From Hemiscyllium ocellatum (Eukaryota): DNA of 64,000 nucleotides. Below the pieces are notes generated by a model. It made no database searches. It saw only the letters and a list, made by a program, of their open reading frames with translations, and was not told the origin of the DNA. This document shows positions 60,728-64,000 of this stretch, piece after piece. The stretch covers positions 26,688,496 to 26,752,495 of the forward strand of contig NC_083431.1 in the NCBI RefSeq assembly GCF_020745735.1. The letters are read 5' to 3'. The position numbers were made by a program, and so were the translations under genes. The stretch's first letter is position 1. Each line of letters starts with the position of its first letter.

Positions 60728-61908
60728 CCTATTTAACCCCCAAAATCTTCCACCTCTCCCTGAGCGTTCCTTTTACTTTTCCTTCCAACTGCGTGGATGT
60801 CTTCCGTAAACAGAAGTCAGTGCAAGCTAAAGCCAATTGCCATACACAGAATCTTGGAGCGACTTAATTTCATTTCCTCAACATTCTGATTATATTTGTA
60901 ACATGACATTGGAGTATTTACTTGGGGACTTACAGATTCACACTCTAGGGAGAGATTAATTACTTTAAATTGACATCACAATTGGGTGTGTTGATTCAGT
61001 TCTCTCATATCACTGAGTTCCTTGATTGCCAAAACCATTCTCTTGATAATGTTATCAGTATTCATTGTTAAATAAAAGCAGAACATAGCAGCAAAACGTC
61101 CAAGTGATTAAAATAGATCTTTCTTGTTAGTAAAACATTTAAATAATTTTAAAAATGCTTTATTTTACAAATTATTACTTGCTCAGCAAAAGAAGTAGAT
61201 TGAGCTCCAGGTCTGCCCTTATTGTGAGCATGAGTTCCTTCAAGCCTGAATTGAACAAGAGCTGGTCTCCTTCAAACATAAATATTTTTTATACACTGGA
61301 CAAAGTTGGAACGATGTTTCCCTCTGCTAGGCTGGGAGTTGGGGTGGAAGTGAGTTCTCCAGGAGACACAATCTGATAGGACTAATTACGATTGAGATGA
61401 GGAGGAACTTCATCCATCAGAGGGTGGCCATCATTGGAGTTCTCTGCCCCAGATGGCTGTTTAGGTTCAGTCATTGATTATGTTCAAAACTGAGATTGAT
61501 AACTCCCTCCATGTTAAAAACATTAGGGGATAGTGGAGGAAAATGGCATGGAAGTAGAAGCAGTGTTAATGTTTCAGGTCCTGGTCTGTTTCCAGTGCTT
61601 TCTGCTTTTGTTTCTAACATCCAGCACCCACAGACCGTTGCTTTCTTTCAAAGTAGAAGATCACTAAGACTGACATATTCGAAGGACTGAGTATTGTCCT
61701 CTTGCTCCTGTTTCTTACATTCTGATTTAAATTCAAAGCTTCTAAATTATGCTGAATTTGATGTCCTTCATAATACAAACTAGTTTACTCTATTCTCATA
61801 ACAATTACTTCTTTTAAATTAGATGGCTGTTACAGCCGTGATCTCTGATCAACTAATGAACCAAAGAACAATTTCCGAAGATGAATTATTAGACTTGAAA
61901 TGTAAACC

Positions 61909-62060
61909 ATGATTTGGAGGAGCCCACGTTGGACTGGGTTGGACAAAGTTAAAAATCACACAATACCAAATTATAGTCTACCAGGCTTATTTGGAAGCAC
62001 TAGCTTTTGAAGCGCTCCGAAACACAGTGCTTCCAAATAGACCTGTTGGACTTTAACCTT
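61909..62060. mobile_element. Fold-back Penelope-like terminal-repeat element (second family) fused to the 5' end of a truncated CR1
   Basis: ttatagtctaccaggcttatttggaagcact ... agtgcttccaaatagacctgttggactttaa inverted arms around agcttttgaagcgctccgaaacac. Confidence 0.75.
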
Positions 62061-63447
62061 AGAACTCTGTGGGAAGCTAGGGAAGTGATTGTTGGGCCTC
62101 TTGCTGAGATATTTGTTTCATCATTAGTCACAGGTGAGGTGCCGGAAGACTGGAGGTTGGCTAACATGGTGCCACTGTTTAAGAAGGGTGGTAAGGACAA
62201 GCCAAGGAACTATAGATCAGTGAGTCTGATGTCGGTGGTAGGCAAGTTGTTGGAGGGAATCCTGAGGAATTGGATTTACATGTATTTAGGAAGGCGAGAA
62301 TTGATTCAAGATAGTCAACATGGTTTTGTGCATGGGAAATAATGTCTCACAAATGTGATTGATTTTTTTGAAGAAGTAATAAAAAGGATTGATGAGGGCA
62401 GAGCAATGGACATAATCTATATGAATTTCAGTAAGGCGTTTGACAAGGTTCCCCATGGAAGACTGGTTACCAAGGTTAAATCTCATGGAATACAAGGAGA
62501 ACTAGCCATTTGGATACAGAACTGGCTCAAAGGTAGAAGACAGAAAATGGTGGTGGATGGTTGTTTTTCAGACTGGAGGCCTGTGACCAGTGGAGTGCCA
62601 CAAGGATTGGTGCAGGGTCCACTATTTTTCATCATTTATATAAATGATTTGGATGTGAGCATAACAGGTATAGTTAGTAAGTTTGCAGTTGACACCAAAA
62701 TTGGAGGTGTAGTGGATGGCGAAGAAGGTTACCTCAAATTACAATGGGATCTTGCTCACATGAGCCAATGGGCTGAGAAGTGGCAGATGGAGTTTAATTT
62801 AGAGAAATGCGAGGTGTTGCATTTTGGGAAAGCAAATCTTAGCAGAACCTATGCACTTAATGATCAGGTCCTAGAGAATGTTGCTGAACAAAGAGATCTT
62901 GAGTGCAGGCTTATAGCTCCTTGAAAGTGGAGTCACAGTCACAGTTAGCATAGTGAAGAAGGTGTTTGATATGCTTTCCTTTATTGGTCAGAGTATTGGG
63001 CACAGGAGTTGGGAGGTCATGTTGCAGCTGTACAGAACATTGGTTAGGTTATTTTTGGAATATTGCGTGTAACTCTGGTCTCCTTCCCATCGGAAGACTG
63101 TTGCGAAACTTGAAAGGGTTCAGAAAAGATTGACAAGGATGTTGCCATGGTTAGAGGATTTGAGCTATAGGGAGAGATTGAATATGCTAGGGCTGTTTTC
63201 CCTGGAGCGACGGATGCTGAGGAGTGACCTCATAGAGGTTTATAAAATCATGAGGGGCATGGATAGGATAAATCGACAAAATCTTTTCCCTGGGTTGGGG
63301 GAGTCCAGAATTAGAGGGCATAGTTTTAGGGTGAGAGGGGAAGGATATAAAAGAGATCTATGGGGCAACATTTTCATGCAGAGCGTAGCACCTGTGTGAA
63401 ATGAGCTGCCAGAGGATGTGGTGGAAGCTGGTAAAACTGCAGCATTT
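62060..63447 (+). mobile_element. Relatively young 5'-truncated CR1-clade LINE (RT domain)
   Basis: ORFs 62007-62342, 62355-62924 and 63130-63399: VPEDWRLANMVPLFKKG...NYRSVSL, YMNFSKAFDKVPHGRL, SGVPQG, SKFAVDTK, WQMEFNLEKCEVLHFG; a few stops and frameshifts. Confidence 0.95.
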
Positions 63448-63753
63448 AGACTGATTAGACTTACAGTGTGGAAACAGGCCCTTCGGCCCAACAAGTCCAC
63501 ACCGACCCGCCGAAGCGCAACCCACCCATACCCCTACATTTACCCCTTACCTAACACTACGGGCAATTTAGCTTGGCCAATTCACCTGACCCGCACATCT
63601 TTGGACTGTGGGAGGAAACCGGAGCACCCGGAGGAAACCCACGCAGACACGGGGAGAACGTGCAAACTCCACACAGTCAGTCGCCTGAGTCGGGAATTGA
63701 ACCCGGGTCTACAGGCGCTGTGAGGCAGCAGTGCTAACCACTGTGCCACCGTG
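63445..63753 (-). mobile_element. Full-length, CpG-rich (young) V-SINE of HE1 type inserted in the CR1 3' end
   Basis: The minus strand has A box TGGCACAGTGG, B box GGTTCAATTCC, an intact V-domain and a tail of gtctaa-type repeats. Confidence 0.93.
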
Positions 63754-63757
63754 TAAA

Positions 63758-64000
63758 AGGTTAAAAGTCACACAACACCAGGTTATAGTCCAACAGGTTT
63801 AACTGGAAGCACACTAGCTTTCCTAGCGCAACTCCATCACAGGTGATTGTAGAAGACACAACTGCAAGGCACAGAATTTATAGCAAAAATTTACAGTGTG
63901 ATGTAACTGAAATTATACATTGAAAGATACCTTGATTGTTTGTTGAGTCTTTCATCTATTCGAATGCCATGGTAGTTTCACTTCTTTCATGTGTAAATCA
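63758..64000 (-). mobile_element. Penelope-like terminal repeat (second family), running off the right edge
   Basis: aaaagtcacacaacaccaggttatagtccaacaggtttaactggaagcacactagctttc... matches the arms of 43311-43520; decayed hammerhead on minus at ~63810-63845 (...GAAAGCTAGT). Confidence 0.75.

Noticed and set aside
63660-63753. tRNA gene (A and B boxes; similar heads at 26900, 34040 and 42313)
   Set aside because: The heads run straight into SINE bodies and tails and do not form a complete cloverleaf; they are SINE promoters.

Overview
This is AT-rich, intron-rich vertebrate genomic DNA. The repeat complement (CR1/HER1-type LINEs, HE1-type V-SINEs, Penelope-like fold-back elements) points to a shark, possibly a carpet/bamboo shark (inference). 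Three protein-coding genes can be rebuilt exon by exon with GT-AG introns and consistent phases. (1) The 5' part of KIAA0753/Moonraker (- strand, 3 coding exons, continuing off the left edge). (2) A complete TXNDC17/TRP14 (+ strand, 4 exons, 120 aa, WCPDC active site), head-to-head with KIAA0753 across a CpG-rich NRF1-type promoter. (3) A complete RILP (- strand, 8 exons over about 40 kb, 407 aa from the first in-frame ATG), tail-to-tail with TXNDC17. The introns hold a near full-length decayed L1 and many CR1, L2-like, RTE and SINE fragments. The most unusual signal is a recurrent class of fold-back (long inverted-repeat) Penelope-like insertions from at least three sequence families. They carry remnants of minimal hammerhead ribozymes, and several have 10-14 bp target-site duplications; no copy in this window has an intact catalytic core. 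Other leads are a possible GUG-initiated, tandem-repeat N-terminal extension of RILP with an overlapping uORF, a TATA+CLEAR (TFEB-type) RILP promoter, and a near-palindromic two-way poly(A) signal between the convergent genes. Repeat boundaries are approximate, and all family assignments come from motif recognition, not database searches.
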